Source of the DNA: Myxococcota bacterium
GTDB lineage: Bacteria; Myxococcota_A; UBA796; SXON01
DNA: 64,000 nt
NCBI GenBank assembly: GCA_040386535.1
Contig: JAZKFH010000042.1
Location: 1-64,000 of the forward strand
Direction of reading: 5' to 3'
Positions 1 through 10,755 of this stretch are shown in pieces (the first letter of the stretch is position 1; each line of letters opens with the position of its first letter). Below the pieces are notes generated by a model that was not told the origin of the DNA, ran no database searches, and saw only the letters and a list, made by a program, of their open reading frames with translations. Made by a program: the position numbers and the translations under genes.

Positions 1-530
<530 letters not shown>

Positions 531-547
531 GCCCGCCGGGCGAGGCA

Positions 548-1489
548 TCAGCCCGGCGGGATGGCCGCTATCAGCTCCGCGCACCGCGCCCGTTGCGCAG
601 GGGACACTTGCTCGTCCCGCGCCCTTTGCGCCGCCGCGATCTCGGGCGCGGCGCCTGGGCTCATCGCCGCGTCGAACTCGGCAAACATTCCCTCACTCAT
701 CAGTAGGACACACTCTGCCAATTCGAGCTCGGGCCGCTGCGGTGGCTTGACCTCCGCGGGCGGGCAGGGCTCCTGAAGCACACGGATTCGAACGTCGAGG
801 AGATCGTGCCCCTCCGGCACGTCGAGCTGCTGCGTGGCAATCACCACCTTGTCGCACCCGATCACCTCCACGCGGCACGCCCCCACCTCCGCCTCCAAGA
901 GCGCGAACCCCCCGTCCGGCCCCGTGAACGTGGAGTCCCCACAGCCGACGACGCGCACCCCATCCAAGGGCCGTCCGTCAGCGCCATGCACTTCTCCTGT
1001 CACCGCGGAGAGGGGCGTGGGAGGGAGCTCACGACAGCTCCCCGCCTGCCCGTCCACCATGAATGCCATCGTGGCACGCCCGCTGAACCGAATCCGCACG
1101 ACGCTTGTCTCGCGCCGCACGGGGACGAGCAGTTGTCCGCCCACCACCGGGACAAACGCGTGGCTCAGCGGGTCGTCGATCTGATCGGAGGCGAACCATC
1201 CGTTGGGTGTCCCTTCGGCCACGTCACAACGAACCACGACTCCATCCGCCAACGCGGCAGTCACTTGCACGAGGTCGCCCAGGAGCGCCTCGTCCATAGG
1301 TGGTTCGGCAGCGGCCGGCCCCCGCTGCGTGGAGGGTGCGCGTTCGCCTGGCACGACGGGCCCCGGGGGCGGTGCCGCCCCACCCTTCACCTCTGACGGT
1401 GGGCTCTCCGACGAGTCGTCCACCAGCCAGGACAGGCCGATCGCGAGCGACCCAAGGAGCATAGGGAGGAGGAGTATTTGTCGCCGCAT
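548..1489 (-). CDS. Membrane-anchored protein with carboxypeptidase-regulatory-like (Ig/transthyretin-like) domain
   Basis: N-terminal hydrophobic anchor; VTGEVHGADGRPLDGVRV...TGPDGGF pattern. Confidence 0.6.
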   Translation of the reverse strand: MRRQILLLPMLLGSLAIGLSWLVDDSSESPPSEVKGGAAPPPGPVVPGERAPSTQRGPAAAEPPMDEALLGDLVQVTAALADGVVVRCDVAEGTPNGWFASDQIDDPLSHAFVPVVGGQLLVPVRRETSVVRIRFSGRATMAFMVDGQAGSCRELPPTPLSAVTGEVHGADGRPLDGVRVVGCGDSTFTGPDGGFALLEAEVGACRVEVIGCDKVVIATQQLDVPEGHDLLDVRIRVLQEPCPPAEVKPPQRPELELAECVLLMSEGMFAEFDAAMSPGAAPEIAAAQRARDEQVSPAQRARCAELIAAIPPG

Positions 1490-1643
1490 CTTGAGTGTTG
1501 TTCGTGCAGGAGTAGCTGATTCTCGCCGACTCGGCGCGGATGATCAGGCCGGCCGACCAAGCGGCGCCAGCCGCGCGCCCGGAGCCGACCTGCCCGCGTC
1601 CGCGCGGGGCGCCCGCACCCGCCTGACCTCGATGGCGCGGCAC

Positions 1644-2399
1644 TCAGGGGATCATCGACCTGGAGCTCTTGAACAACTGCGCGTTGATGAACCCCGGAGC
1701 GATACGGGACATCCAATGCAGGGCGTTCGCCTGGCCCGGCCGGATCTCGAGTACGCCGGCCAGCAGCAGCGGGATCGTGGCGGCGACCAGCGCGTCGGTG
1801 GTGATGACCTTGATGTCGGGCGGCACGTCGGCGAGCCCTTCGGTCCGGACCGCCGGGGGCATGAGCTCGACGACCTCGACACCGGCCTCCCGAAGCTGGA
1901 GGCGGAGCGACACGGTGTAGGAGTGAAGCGCGGCTTTCGTGGCGCAATAGATCGGCGCGCAGGGAAGCGGGACGAAGGCGAGGCCGGAGGACATGTTGAT
2001 GATGGTGCCGCGGTTGGCCTTGAGCACCCCGATCAGCGCGGAGGTCGTGCGGATCGTGCCCGCGAGGTTGATGTCCAGCTCGGTGGTGAGCGCCGCGAGG
2101 TCCGGGTCCGGGCGGCTCAGGTTCCGTGTCACGAACACGCCGGCGTTGTTCATGAGGACATCGAGCTTGGGAAAACGCGCGATCACCTCGGTGGCAAGCG
2201 CGGCGACCGACGCGGCGTTTCCCGCATCGCTCACGATGGTGTGTAGCTCGGGGTGACGCGCTTTGGCCTCGTCCAACTTGGAAGCGCGGCGACCTGTGAT
2301 GATGACCTCGTTTCCGAGCTGGAGGAACTTCTCGGCGAACGCGAGGCCGATCCCGGCGCTCCCGCCGGTCACGAGGATGGTGCGGCCGGACAGCTTCAT
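1644..2399 (-). CDS. Short-chain dehydrogenase/reductase (DltE-like SDR)
   Basis: TGGSAGIG NAD(P)-binding motif, NNAG, catalytic YCATK. Confidence 0.92.
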   Translation of the reverse strand: MKLSGRTILVTGGSAGIGLAFAEKFLQLGNEVIITGRRASKLDEAKARHPELHTIVSDAGNAASVAALATEVIARFPKLDVLMNNAGVFVTRNLSRPDPDLAALTTELDINLAGTIRTTSALIGVLKANRGTIINMSSGLAFVPLPCAPIYCATKAALHSYTVSLRLQLREAGVEVVELMPPAVRTEGLADVPPDIKVITTDALVAATIPLLLAGVLEIRPGQANALHWMSRIAPGFINAQLFKSSRSMIP

Positions 2400-2574
2400 G
2401 CGGACTCCTGCACGAGGAGCGGCCGCCTATCGCATCGACGGGGTCGGAGGATCCCACCCGAGGTGCGCGCGCATGCCCTGTTCGTGCGCGCGCATCCAAG
2501 ATCTGGACGATCTGGGCCATTTTCTGGCATCTGGTGTGGCACGCTCCTTGCTCTCACCCAATGTCGGAGGCCAC

Positions 2575-3618
2575 ATGCTCACCCGCGCCGACTTCGTCTT
2601 CCTCGCCCCCGTCCGTCAACACACCGGTGCGGAGTTCATCCGGCGCGCCTCTCGCGACCTGGCCGTCGGCCACGCGCTGGTGGACCCGACCAACGAGCGG
2701 AGGTTCGCGGCGTTCAACACCCTCGCCCCACACGTGTACCCGCGCGGTGACGCCGAGCGCGTCGTGACCGCCGCGATGTGGTGCAACTGGCTGTTCTTCT
2801 TCGACGACCAGCACGACGAGGCCGAGGGCCGCGCGACGGGGGTGGACGCGCTCCGCGCGCGCATGGAGGCCTACCTCGGCGTGCTCCGTGGCGGACCCGC
2901 GGACCCAGCCGATCCGCTCGCGTGCTACGCGGCCACCTTCGTCACGCGCGCCCTCTCCGTGAGCTCTCCGGCCTGGCTCCGGCGGTTCTGCGCGAGCGTC
3001 GAGGGGTATCTCCTCCAGGGTGCGCTCCCCGCGTACGCCCACTACGTGGCCGGGACCGCCCCCTCCCGCGACGCCTACCTGGCCCAGCGCGACGAGGACA
3101 GCGCCGTCGGCACCGCCCTCGATCTGCTCGAGCTCATCGAGGGGATCGAGCTCTCCGACGCGGTCCGCGCCGACCCCGACCACGCGCGACTGCGCCAGAT
3201 GTGCATCCGGACGATCGCGTGCTTCAACGACATCGTCTCGTACCCGAAGGAGGTGATCGTCCAGGGCAACCCGAACAACCTCGTGCACGTGCTCCAGCTC
3301 TCCCGTGGGCTCTCGCTCGACGCCGCGATGGCCGAGGCGGTGGATGAGACCAACGCCGCCGCCGCCGCGATGGAGGCGGCCGAGCAGGCCCTCCGCGCGC
3401 GACACCCCGAGGAAGCGGAGGCCCTCACGGCCTTCGCACACGGGTTGCGGGCGTGGCAGGTCGGGAACATCGAGTCCTCGCTCGTCGAGGCCCGCTACCG
3501 CTCCCCCCACTCCCCGTTCGCGGAGCTCCGTCCGGGAGGGGGGCGTGACGTTGGCCGTCCGGCGGCCTGGCACGTCCCCGCGCGCGCCGCGACACAGGCC
3601 GGCGCTCCTCTCCGGTGA
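2575..3618 (+). CDS. Class I terpene synthase (cyclase)
   Basis: FFFDDQHD (DDxxD), NDIVSYPKE (NSE/DTE), C-terminal RY pair; GGAGG RBS before ATG 2575. Confidence 0.9.
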   Translation: MLTRADFVFLAPVRQHTGAEFIRRASRDLAVGHALVDPTNERRFAAFNTLAPHVYPRGDAERVVTAAMWCNWLFFFDDQHDEAEGRATGVDALRARMEAYLGVLRGGPADPADPLACYAATFVTRALSVSSPAWLRRFCASVEGYLLQGALPAYAHYVAGTAPSRDAYLAQRDEDSAVGTALDLLELIEGIELSDAVRADPDHARLRQMCIRTIACFNDIVSYPKEVIVQGNPNNLVHVLQLSRGLSLDAAMAEAVDETNAAAAAMEAAEQALRARHPEEAEALTAFAHGLRAWQVGNIESSLVEARYRSPHSPFAELRPGGGRDVGRPAAWHVPARAATQAGAPLR

Positions 3619-3674
3619 GCCGGGGTTGACACGGGGACAGGTGTCGCCGAACCTGCCACCCTCCAGGTGTCCCG

Positions 3675-4937
3675 TTGCTCGTGTTCCTGCTCGTCGCCCT
3701 CGTCACGCCCGGCTCGGAAGCGGGGGTCGTCGCCGTCGCGGCTCCGCCTCCTGCGGCGGGGATCGGCGCCCGCCTCAAAGGGAACGCGTACGAAGGACTG
3801 GCGATCGTCAACCTGCCGCTCCCCGGCTCGCCCGCCGAACGTGCGGGGCTTCGCCCGGGCGACGTCATCGTGACCGTAGACGGGTGGTCCACCAAGGAGG
3901 AGGTGATCGAGACTGTCGTCCGACACGTCGGCGGAGCGGCCGGCACCGAGGTGGTGCTGGGCGTGCGCCGGGACGGCGAGCCGCTGACCATCCGGGTCCG
4001 TCGCGAGCCGGTCCAGGAGATCGCCGCCACACAGGCGCGCGTCGAGGCGGAGATGTGCCCGGCCCTGTGGGAGGCGTTCGAGGATCGGGAGAAGGCCTTC
4101 GCCTCGGTGAAGGGAGCGGAGCTGCCCGACACGGGGGACAGGAGCACGCCGCACGCCGCGAAGACCGCGCTGCCGACGGCCGAGTACACCCGCGTCGACG
4201 TGGGCCTCACCACGTCGTGGACGGCCGGGTTCGGCACGTACGCCTCGGCCGTCGAGGCCGCGCGCAAGCTGGACGAGGTGGTCGCCCGGTTCCGGCCATG
4301 CCTCGCGAACACCTGGATCGTGCGCGAGGTGGAGGACGGCCGCCCCGTCGTCCGCTTCGGGTTGGAGCACCCGATGGGATGGCGTTCGAGCGCGGGGGCC
4401 TTCCGCGCGCGCAGTGACGGCGTGGTCGATCTGTACATCGAGAGCGGGGCCGGCACGCTCTACGGCGCGCTCTACCCCGAGTCCGCGCCCGCGGGCCCCT
4501 GGGTCACGCCGCTACGGGAGATCACGGCCGCGGCCAAGGGAGACTTCGCCGCGCTGCGCAAGGGCGAGCCCCATGAGGAGGGGAGCCCGTTCAACAGTTG
4601 GTCGTGGTACGAGGTGTCGGTGCCCCTCCCCGGCGCACGGGATTGTCGTATCAATGGCGGCGGCATGTTCGGGGGCACGTACTACCAATGTACGCTCGCC
4701 CAGAACGCCGCGCCCGAGAGCATCGGCCCCAGCTTCGACGAGGCCGCCCAGGTCATCGGCCGCACGCTGGGCAAGGAGTGGGTGTATTGGTTCGACACCG
4801 AACCCGCGGCGCACGAGCGCCACTTCATCCACTTCGCGAAGCGGACGACCCGCGGCTACGAGAAGACCGCGGTCATCACGCTCGGCCTGACGGAGACCGG
4901 GATCACCCTCAGCGTGGAGTACGAGGGGATCATCTGA
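3675..4937 (+). CDS. Exported PDZ-domain protein with unknown C-terminal region
   Basis: Signal-like N-terminus; GIGA...GSPAERAGLRPGDVIVTVDG PDZ signature; no S41 catalytic motif seen. Confidence 0.75.
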   Translation: MLVFLLVALVTPGSEAGVVAVAAPPPAAGIGARLKGNAYEGLAIVNLPLPGSPAERAGLRPGDVIVTVDGWSTKEEVIETVVRHVGGAAGTEVVLGVRRDGEPLTIRVRREPVQEIAATQARVEAEMCPALWEAFEDREKAFASVKGAELPDTGDRSTPHAAKTALPTAEYTRVDVGLTTSWTAGFGTYASAVEAARKLDEVVARFRPCLANTWIVREVEDGRPVVRFGLEHPMGWRSSAGAFRARSDGVVDLYIESGAGTLYGALYPESAPAGPWVTPLREITAAAKGDFAALRKGEPHEEGSPFNSWSWYEVSVPLPGARDCRINGGGMFGGTYYQCTLAQNAAPESIGPSFDEAAQVIGRTLGKEWVYWFDTEPAAHERHFIHFAKRTTRGYEKTAVITLGLTETGITLSVEYEGII

Positions 4938-4986
4938 CGCGAGATCGTCCCAAATCCCCGGCCCGCCCGGCAAAGCTCCCAGCTGA

Positions 4987-6471
4987 TCAGCAGCCCCCCG
5001 TACCCGTACAAGAAAAGGTGTCGCTCGTGCCGGCGTACGGGAGGTCCGGCCCGCCGGCGAAGATGTCGTGGGGCGTGTTGTCGTCGTCGCCGCTGCCCCA
5101 GTCGGTGGTGTCGGACTCGAGCAGGCACGCCCCGAGCCAGGCGCCGCCGCCTTCTTCGGCGGTGTTGCCGGCGATCGTGCTCCCCGTGAGCTGAACGGTG
5201 GTGCTGTCGGTGAAGCTCAATCCGCCGCCGGAGGTGGCCGTGTTGCCACGCACCACGATGTCCACGAGCCGGACACCCTGCATCTTCGAGCTGGCGATGC
5301 CGCCGCCGAGGGCCGACACGTTGCCGGTGAAGGTGGATCGCTCCACCGTCATCGTGTAGAAGTCCGCGACGCCGGCCAGTCCGCCGCCGAGGTCCTCGCC
5401 CGTATTGCCCGTGAACGTGCTGTCCTCGACGAGGAGCGTGTTCTTCGAGTAGATGCCACCGCCGCCCGACTCGTACCCCTCGGTCACATTCCCCGAGAAC
5501 GTCGTCCCCGTCACGGTGAGCGGTCCGCCGTTGTAGATGCCGCCGCCCAGCGTCGCCCGGTTGTTGGTGAACGCGCAGTCGACCACCGTGGCTTCCCCGC
5601 CGTTGAACAGGGCGCCGCCGTATCTGGCGGACCCGTTGGTCAGGGTGAGGCCCTCCACGCGAAGGCCGTTCGCCGTGTGCTCGAGCACCCCTCCCCCGTC
5701 GGCGAGGCCGTCCAGGGTGGTCGACGCGGCCCCCTCGCGACCGACGAGCCAGGTGTCGTCGTTCGGGATCGAGATGTGCACGAAATAGGTTCCGGCGCAG
5801 AACCAGGTGGTGGTGCCGCCAGCGGGCTCGTAGAGCGCCGCGGCGGATGCGGACCCCACAACCTGGGCGGTGACGTCGGTCCATGTGTCGGTCGCGCGGT
5901 CGTGGGCCGACGCCATGTTCGCCTCGGCGGCCACGGTCCACTCGCCGGCGGAGTCGCAGTCGTTCGCAGCTCCGTCGCACAGCTCGGGCGCGCCCGGGTA
6001 CACCAACGGGAGCGTGTCGTCGCAGTCCGTCGGCTCCGCGACCAGGTCCTCTGCTCCGTCGCAAGCGACGACAGCCACGGCGCTGTCGCCGAAACCGTCC
6101 CCGTCAACGTCCGCGTACCACGTGACCGCGTCTACGGCGCCAACGTCCACGGTGCCGTCGCAGTCGTTGTCGACCGCGTCGCACACCTCCTCCGCGCCCG
6201 GGTGCACCCCGAGCGCCGCGTCGTCGCAGTCGGTGTCATCGTCGACGTAGCCGGCGGGGGCGTCGCAAGCGCGCTCCATCGTGGTGGCGGTGCCGTACCC
6301 GTCCTGGTCCGCGTCCAGATAGACCATGCGGGCGTCGTCGCAGTCGTCCTCGTCGGCGGTGGAGTCGGCGGGATCGACCTCGTCGTTCGCACCCTCCTTG
6401 CCCGTACACGCCGCGGGGCCGACGGCGATTGCGAGGTATACCAACACATGGGCGAGGCGACGAGCGGACAA
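4987..6471 (-). CDS. Lipoprotein with putative metal-binding (DxDGDGxG/DCDD/HPGAxExCD) repeats and right-handed beta-helix (Pmp-like GGA/FxxN) repeats
   Basis: Lipobox AAC; repeats visible in translation; start codon uncertain. Confidence 0.8.
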   Translation of the reverse strand: MSARRLAHVLVYLAIAVGPAACTGKEGANDEVDPADSTADEDDCDDARMVYLDADQDGYGTATTMERACDAPAGYVDDDTDCDDAALGVHPGAEEVCDAVDNDCDGTVDVGAVDAVTWYADVDGDGFGDSAVAVVACDGAEDLVAEPTDCDDTLPLVYPGAPELCDGAANDCDSAGEWTVAAEANMASAHDRATDTWTDVTAQVVGSASAAALYEPAGGTTTWFCAGTYFVHISIPNDDTWLVGREGAASTTLDGLADGGGVLEHTANGLRVEGLTLTNGSARYGGALFNGGEATVVDCAFTNNRATLGGGIYNGGPLTVTGTTFSGNVTEGYESGGGGIYSKNTLLVEDSTFTGNTGEDLGGGLAGVADFYTMTVERSTFTGNVSALGGGIASSKMQGVRLVDIVVRGNTATSGGGLSFTDSTTVQLTGSTIAGNTAEEGGGAWLGACLLESDTTDWGSGDDDNTPHDIFAGGPDLPYAGTSDTFSCTGTGGC

Positions 6472-6528
6472 GGGTTCTCCGGGCCCGTGGAAGCTACCTC
6501 GCCGGCCACGGCGATGCCCGTTGCCCCA

Positions 6529-8934
6529 TCAGCCCCGCCCCGCAATCGGATTCACGCGCCCCTTGTTCTCCCAGAAGAGGCGAAAACCCGGCAGGCGCGG
6601 CAGATGTGTCAGCGACGGCGGCTCCTTTCGGATCCCCCGCACCTGGTGGAAGATCGCCGTGCGGGCCGCCACCTGGTATTCGATCTCGTACTTCGCTTCG
6701 CCCGTGTCCAACGTGCGCGGAAAACGCTTCTCGAGCTCGCTGGCGATCTCGGCCGTCGGCGGCGCCGGCAGCAGATCCTCGGCGTTCAGCAGCGCGAGGT
6801 CGTCCCCGCTCTCGACACCCAGCTCGGTGAGCCGCGCAAGCAGCCACTCCGGCAGCGGCAGGAGCGGGCTGGCCCCGGAGACCTGCGCCGCCAGCGCCGA
6901 CAGCTCGTAGCGTTCCTCGAGCCTGGCCCGCAGGCCCTGGGACTTCATGATCCGGCCCGCGATGGCCAGGTCGCGGATCGCCACACGCGCGGCCTCGCCG
7001 GTCGGTGCCTCCTCACGGGTCGCGAGCACCTGGCCGGCGTACACCTGCGAGACCGTGACCAGCAGCTCGTCGTCACGCATCTCGGGCTTGCTCGCCTTGT
7101 TCTCCCCGAGGCCGGCGGCGGCCAGCCACGCGAGCGGCACGGGCATCGCCGCCGTGATGAGGAGCCCGCTGCCGGGCCGCTGCTGGGCCGCCACCGCCCG
7201 CGAGTCCAGCACGACCAGCGCCTCGGTGTCGGCGGGGCGCACGGCGCTGTCCCCGTCGAGCTCCATCTCCGTGCCGCCCGCGGCCCAGGTGAACCGGTGC
7301 CTCTTCTGGTCGCGTCGCACGTGCGCGCAGCCGGGCCAGACCCGCAACAGCAGCTCGGCGAGCGGGCGGCGGGGCACCGAGCCGTTCCACCGCGGGTCGC
7401 CGAAGCCGAGCTTGCGGAAGCGCTCGGCCGCCGCGCGCGCCTCTGCGAGCGCCTTGGCATCGAGGTCGTCACGGTAGGCGTCGCCCGCGCGCACGGCCTC
7501 GATCAGGGCCACCGCGTCGCAACCGCCCGCGCGTAGATCATGGAGGCCGACCGGGCCCCCGCGGCCGCCTTCACGATCTGCGCGCCGGAAGATCGGCCGG
7601 TCGACGGAGAGCGCCGCGGCCAGGAGCAGCGTCGGCTCCGCCAGCCCCGGTGAGAGGTCGCCCTCGACCAACACACGCGCCAGCCCGACGTCGAGCGGCA
7701 GCGAGAACAGGCGCACGCCGGCCTCGGTGATCGCGCCGTCTTTCACGCAGCCGAGCGCGGTCAGCTCCGCCATCGCCGCCGCGACCGCGAAGGACCGGGG
7801 CTTGTCGAGCCACGGCAGGTCCATCCCGCGCGGGCTGCACGCGAGCGCGGAGAGCGTGAGCGAGACCAGGGATCCACGATGGATCTCGGGGATCGTGACC
7901 TCAGCGAGCGCGCTCGACTCGCTCCACAAGCGGATGCACACGCCCGGGCCCAGCCGCCCGGCGCGGCCGGAGCGTTGCTCGGCCGAGTCGCGCGCGATGG
8001 GCAGGAGGGAGAGGTAGCCGCGGCCCGCCCGATACACCATGCCGCGCACCAGCCCGCTGTCGATCACGACGCCCACCCCGGGGATGGTCAGGCTCGTCTC
8101 GGCCACGTTGGTCGTGAGCACCACCCGGCGCCGCTGCGAGGCCCGCCCGTCGCCGCGCGGCCGGAGCACGTCGCCCTGGTCGCGTACGGTCATGCCGCCG
8201 TGCAGGGTGGCGATCTCCCAGCGCCCGAGGCCCTCCAGCGCCTGTGCCGCGCGCGCGATCTCTGCCTTGCCGGGCAGGAACACGAGCACGTCCCCGGGAT
8301 CGGCGGCGCACGACTCGAGCGCTGCGACGAGCCGCTCGTCGAGCCCACGTTTGGTTGGCAGGGTCACGTCGCCGGGCCGCCAGCGCACCTCGATGGGGAA
8401 GGTCCGGCCTTCGCCGCCGAGGTGGACGCCGCCGAGGTGGTCGGCCAGCCGCTCGGCCTGGATCGTCGCCGACATCACCACGAGCGCGGACGGCCGGACG
8501 TCCGGCAACTTGCGACGCTCTTGTAGGAGACACAGGAGCAGGTCCGTGTCGAAGGCCCGCTCGTGAAACTCGTCGAGCACGACCGCGCCGTAGGCGTCGA
8601 TGTCGCCGGACTGCACGATGCGCAGCGCCACGCCGGGGGTCACGAAGGTGATGGACGCGTCGGCAGAGACGCGCCGCTCGTCGCGCACGATCCAGCCGAC
8701 GTCCGTGCCGGGCGGGCACCCCCGCAGCTCGGCGACCCGCACCGCGAGCGCGCGGCAGGCCACCCGGCGCGGCTCGATCACCAGCACGCGCCCCAGCTCC
8801 GTGAGCGTGGGCGGCACGCACGTCGACTTGCCCGAGCCCGTGGGGGCCGACACGACGACCGGCCCGAGGCGCGTGGCGGCGAGGATGCGCGGCAGGAGCG
8901 GCGTGATCGGCAACGATTCAGGGGTGGGCGGCAT
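6529..8934 (-). CDS. hrpB: ATP-dependent RNA helicase, HrpB-like (DEAH box)
   Basis: APTGSGKS, DEFH, MSAT, TNVAETSLTIPG, QRSGRAGR; start moved to ATG 8934. Confidence 0.85.
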   Translation of the reverse strand: MPPTPESLPITPLLPRILAATRLGPVVVSAPTGSGKSTCVPPTLTELGRVLVIEPRRVACRALAVRVAELRGCPPGTDVGWIVRDERRVSADASITFVTPGVALRIVQSGDIDAYGAVVLDEFHERAFDTDLLLCLLQERRKLPDVRPSALVVMSATIQAERLADHLGGVHLGGEGRTFPIEVRWRPGDVTLPTKRGLDERLVAALESCAADPGDVLVFLPGKAEIARAAQALEGLGRWEIATLHGGMTVRDQGDVLRPRGDGRASQRRRVVLTTNVAETSLTIPGVGVVIDSGLVRGMVYRAGRGYLSLLPIARDSAEQRSGRAGRLGPGVCIRLWSESSALAEVTIPEIHRGSLVSLTLSALACSPRGMDLPWLDKPRSFAVAAAMAELTALGCVKDGAITEAGVRLFSLPLDVGLARVLVEGDLSPGLAEPTLLLAAALSVDRPIFRRADREGGRGGPVGLHDLRAGGCDAVALIEAVRAGDAYRDDLDAKALAEARAAAERFRKLGFGDPRWNGSVPRRPLAELLLRVWPGCAHVRRDQKRHRFTWAAGGTEMELDGDSAVRPADTEALVVLDSRAVAAQQRPGSGLLITAAMPVPLAWLAAAGLGENKASKPEMRDDELLVTVSQVYAGQVLATREEAPTGEAARVAIRDLAIAGRIMKSQGLRARLEERYELSALAAQVSGASPLLPLPEWLLARLTELGVESGDDLALLNAEDLLPAPPTAEIASELEKRFPRTLDTGEAKYEIEYQVAARTAIFHQVRGIRKEPPSLTHLPRLPGFRLFWENKGRVNPIAGRG

Positions 8935-9070
8935 GTGCGCGGACGATAGCCCGCCGGGCTCGTCGCCGGGGCCGGGGGCGCGAGGGCGCGTGGCAGGCGC
9001 GTGAGAGACGGCTGTGAGGTTCGGTGGCGGGCGGCGGCCGGTAGGGTGCCCGCACCTCAACGAGTCACCC

Positions 9071-10702
9071 GTGAACCTCTCCCGCAGCACCCTCTCCGCC
9101 CTCGCCCTCTTCGTCGCGGTCCCCCTCGTCGCCCCGCTCGTGGGCGTGGGGACGGCGGAGGCGGCCAACATCGTGCTCGGCAGCAAGGTCAAGAAGGACC
9201 TCAACGGCAACCACTACCGGATCTCCACGCTGGTGGCCGAGGACACGTCCGGCGCCATCGAGACGGTGACCGCCGAGGTGTCGTCCGACGTTGGCCGCGA
9301 GACCGCCCGGCTCACCGAGTCCGACGCCTGGCTGCACGGCGCCGCCCCGCTCGCCTCGCGCCCGACCGCGGACGCGGAGCTCTCGCTCACGCTCTACGAC
9401 CGCGCCAGCGCCTCGCTGATCGTGTACTCCGGGACCGTTGGCGCGGACGGGAGCCTGGCGCTGGAGGCCGACGCGGGCGCGCCCGTGTGCACCCGGCTGG
9501 GCTGCACGTACCCGGTGCTGCCGGACATCGCGCTCCTGGCCGCCGAGGTGTTCGCGTCCACGGGCGGGTACGAGCTGTCCATCGATCTGTCCGGGTCCGC
9601 CGCGCACGACGTGGCCTACGCGAAGGTGTTCGTGACGCCCTGCGACATCACCGCAGCGACCGGCATCTGCCTCTACGACGGCCGCCGCACGACGACCGCC
9701 GAGGTCGACTGGGACACGATCGGCACGGTGTGGGAGGCGGAGCTCGCCCTCGACCACGAGGGCCCCGTCGACGTGAAGGTCAAGGTCCGGGCGGACGAGG
9801 GGCCGACCGAGGTGTTGATGTCCTCGCTCGGCCTCCCCTGGCTCGACGGGGGCGACGGCGTCTCCACGCTCGCCGCCGACGAGGACCCGCTCACGACGGT
9901 GGGCTTGATGGAGCACGACGGCGCCACCGCCCTCGCCGTGGTCTCCGACGGCTGGACCCTCGCCACGGCGCCCACCTCCGCCGCGGTGGTGCTCGAGACC
10001 GGCGAGACCATCACCATCCCGGCGAACAGCTACCAGCGGCGGGGTGGCCATCGCAGCTACCACCTCGTGTACCAAAACGAGCTGTCGGCAGGGGCGCGGC
10101 TCCGGATCGACGGCGCCACGGTGATCGTGGACCGCGCCGACCCCACCTTCGCCGACCTCTCGACGCCGCTGTGCGTGGAGGGCACCTGCGTGCAGCTCGT
10201 CGGTGACGACGAGGATGGCTACGGCCTCGCCGTGACCCAGTACCGCTGGGACACGGCGTTCCCGACGGACGAGGTGCACGTCTCGCTCGCGGCGCTCGAC
10301 GCCGACGGCGCGGAGACGGTCCTGGCGGAGGGCGTGGTCACGTTCGACGACGAGGTGACCGTCGTGTTCGCGAACGAGGTGGGCTTCGCCGCCGATCCGC
10401 TGCGCACCGCGCTCGCCGGTCGGGTGACCCTCGGACGCGACGAGGACAGGCTCGCGTCCGGCCGGTTCTTCAGCAAGCTCGACCGCCAGGCGTCGGGGGC
10501 CCTCGGCCTCGCCGGCGTGGGCGTGGACGACGTGGCCCGGGCCGACACCTCCTTCGCGGTGCTGCTCCAGGGGGAGCGCACCTCGTGCGGCAACGACGAT
10601 GACGGCTTCACGGCCGTGCCCCCGCTGATGGCGACGTTCGGCAACGGCTCCGGCACGAAGAACGCGTCCTCCCAGACGAGCATCAGGCCCCAGCTGCTCT
10701 GA
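9071..10702 (+). CDS. Secreted hypothetical protein; paralog of 24468..26102
   Basis: Signal peptide ending AEA; shared blocks WLHGAA, LLAAEVF, PWLDxGxGV, DEDPLT, PANSYQRR. Confidence 0.8.
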   Translation: MNLSRSTLSALALFVAVPLVAPLVGVGTAEAANIVLGSKVKKDLNGNHYRISTLVAEDTSGAIETVTAEVSSDVGRETARLTESDAWLHGAAPLASRPTADAELSLTLYDRASASLIVYSGTVGADGSLALEADAGAPVCTRLGCTYPVLPDIALLAAEVFASTGGYELSIDLSGSAAHDVAYAKVFVTPCDITAATGICLYDGRRTTTAEVDWDTIGTVWEAELALDHEGPVDVKVKVRADEGPTEVLMSSLGLPWLDGGDGVSTLAADEDPLTTVGLMEHDGATALAVVSDGWTLATAPTSAAVVLETGETITIPANSYQRRGGHRSYHLVYQNELSAGARLRIDGATVIVDRADPTFADLSTPLCVEGTCVQLVGDDEDGYGLAVTQYRWDTAFPTDEVHVSLAALDADGAETVLAEGVVTFDDEVTVVFANEVGFAADPLRTALAGRVTLGRDEDRLASGRFFSKLDRQASGALGLAGVGVDDVARADTSFAVLLQGERTSCGNDDDGFTAVPPLMATFGNGSGTKNASSQTSIRPQLL

Positions 10703-10755
10703 GCGGCTCCCCCCTCCCCCAGGATCGACCGTCCGCAACCCCCAGGAGATGTCCC

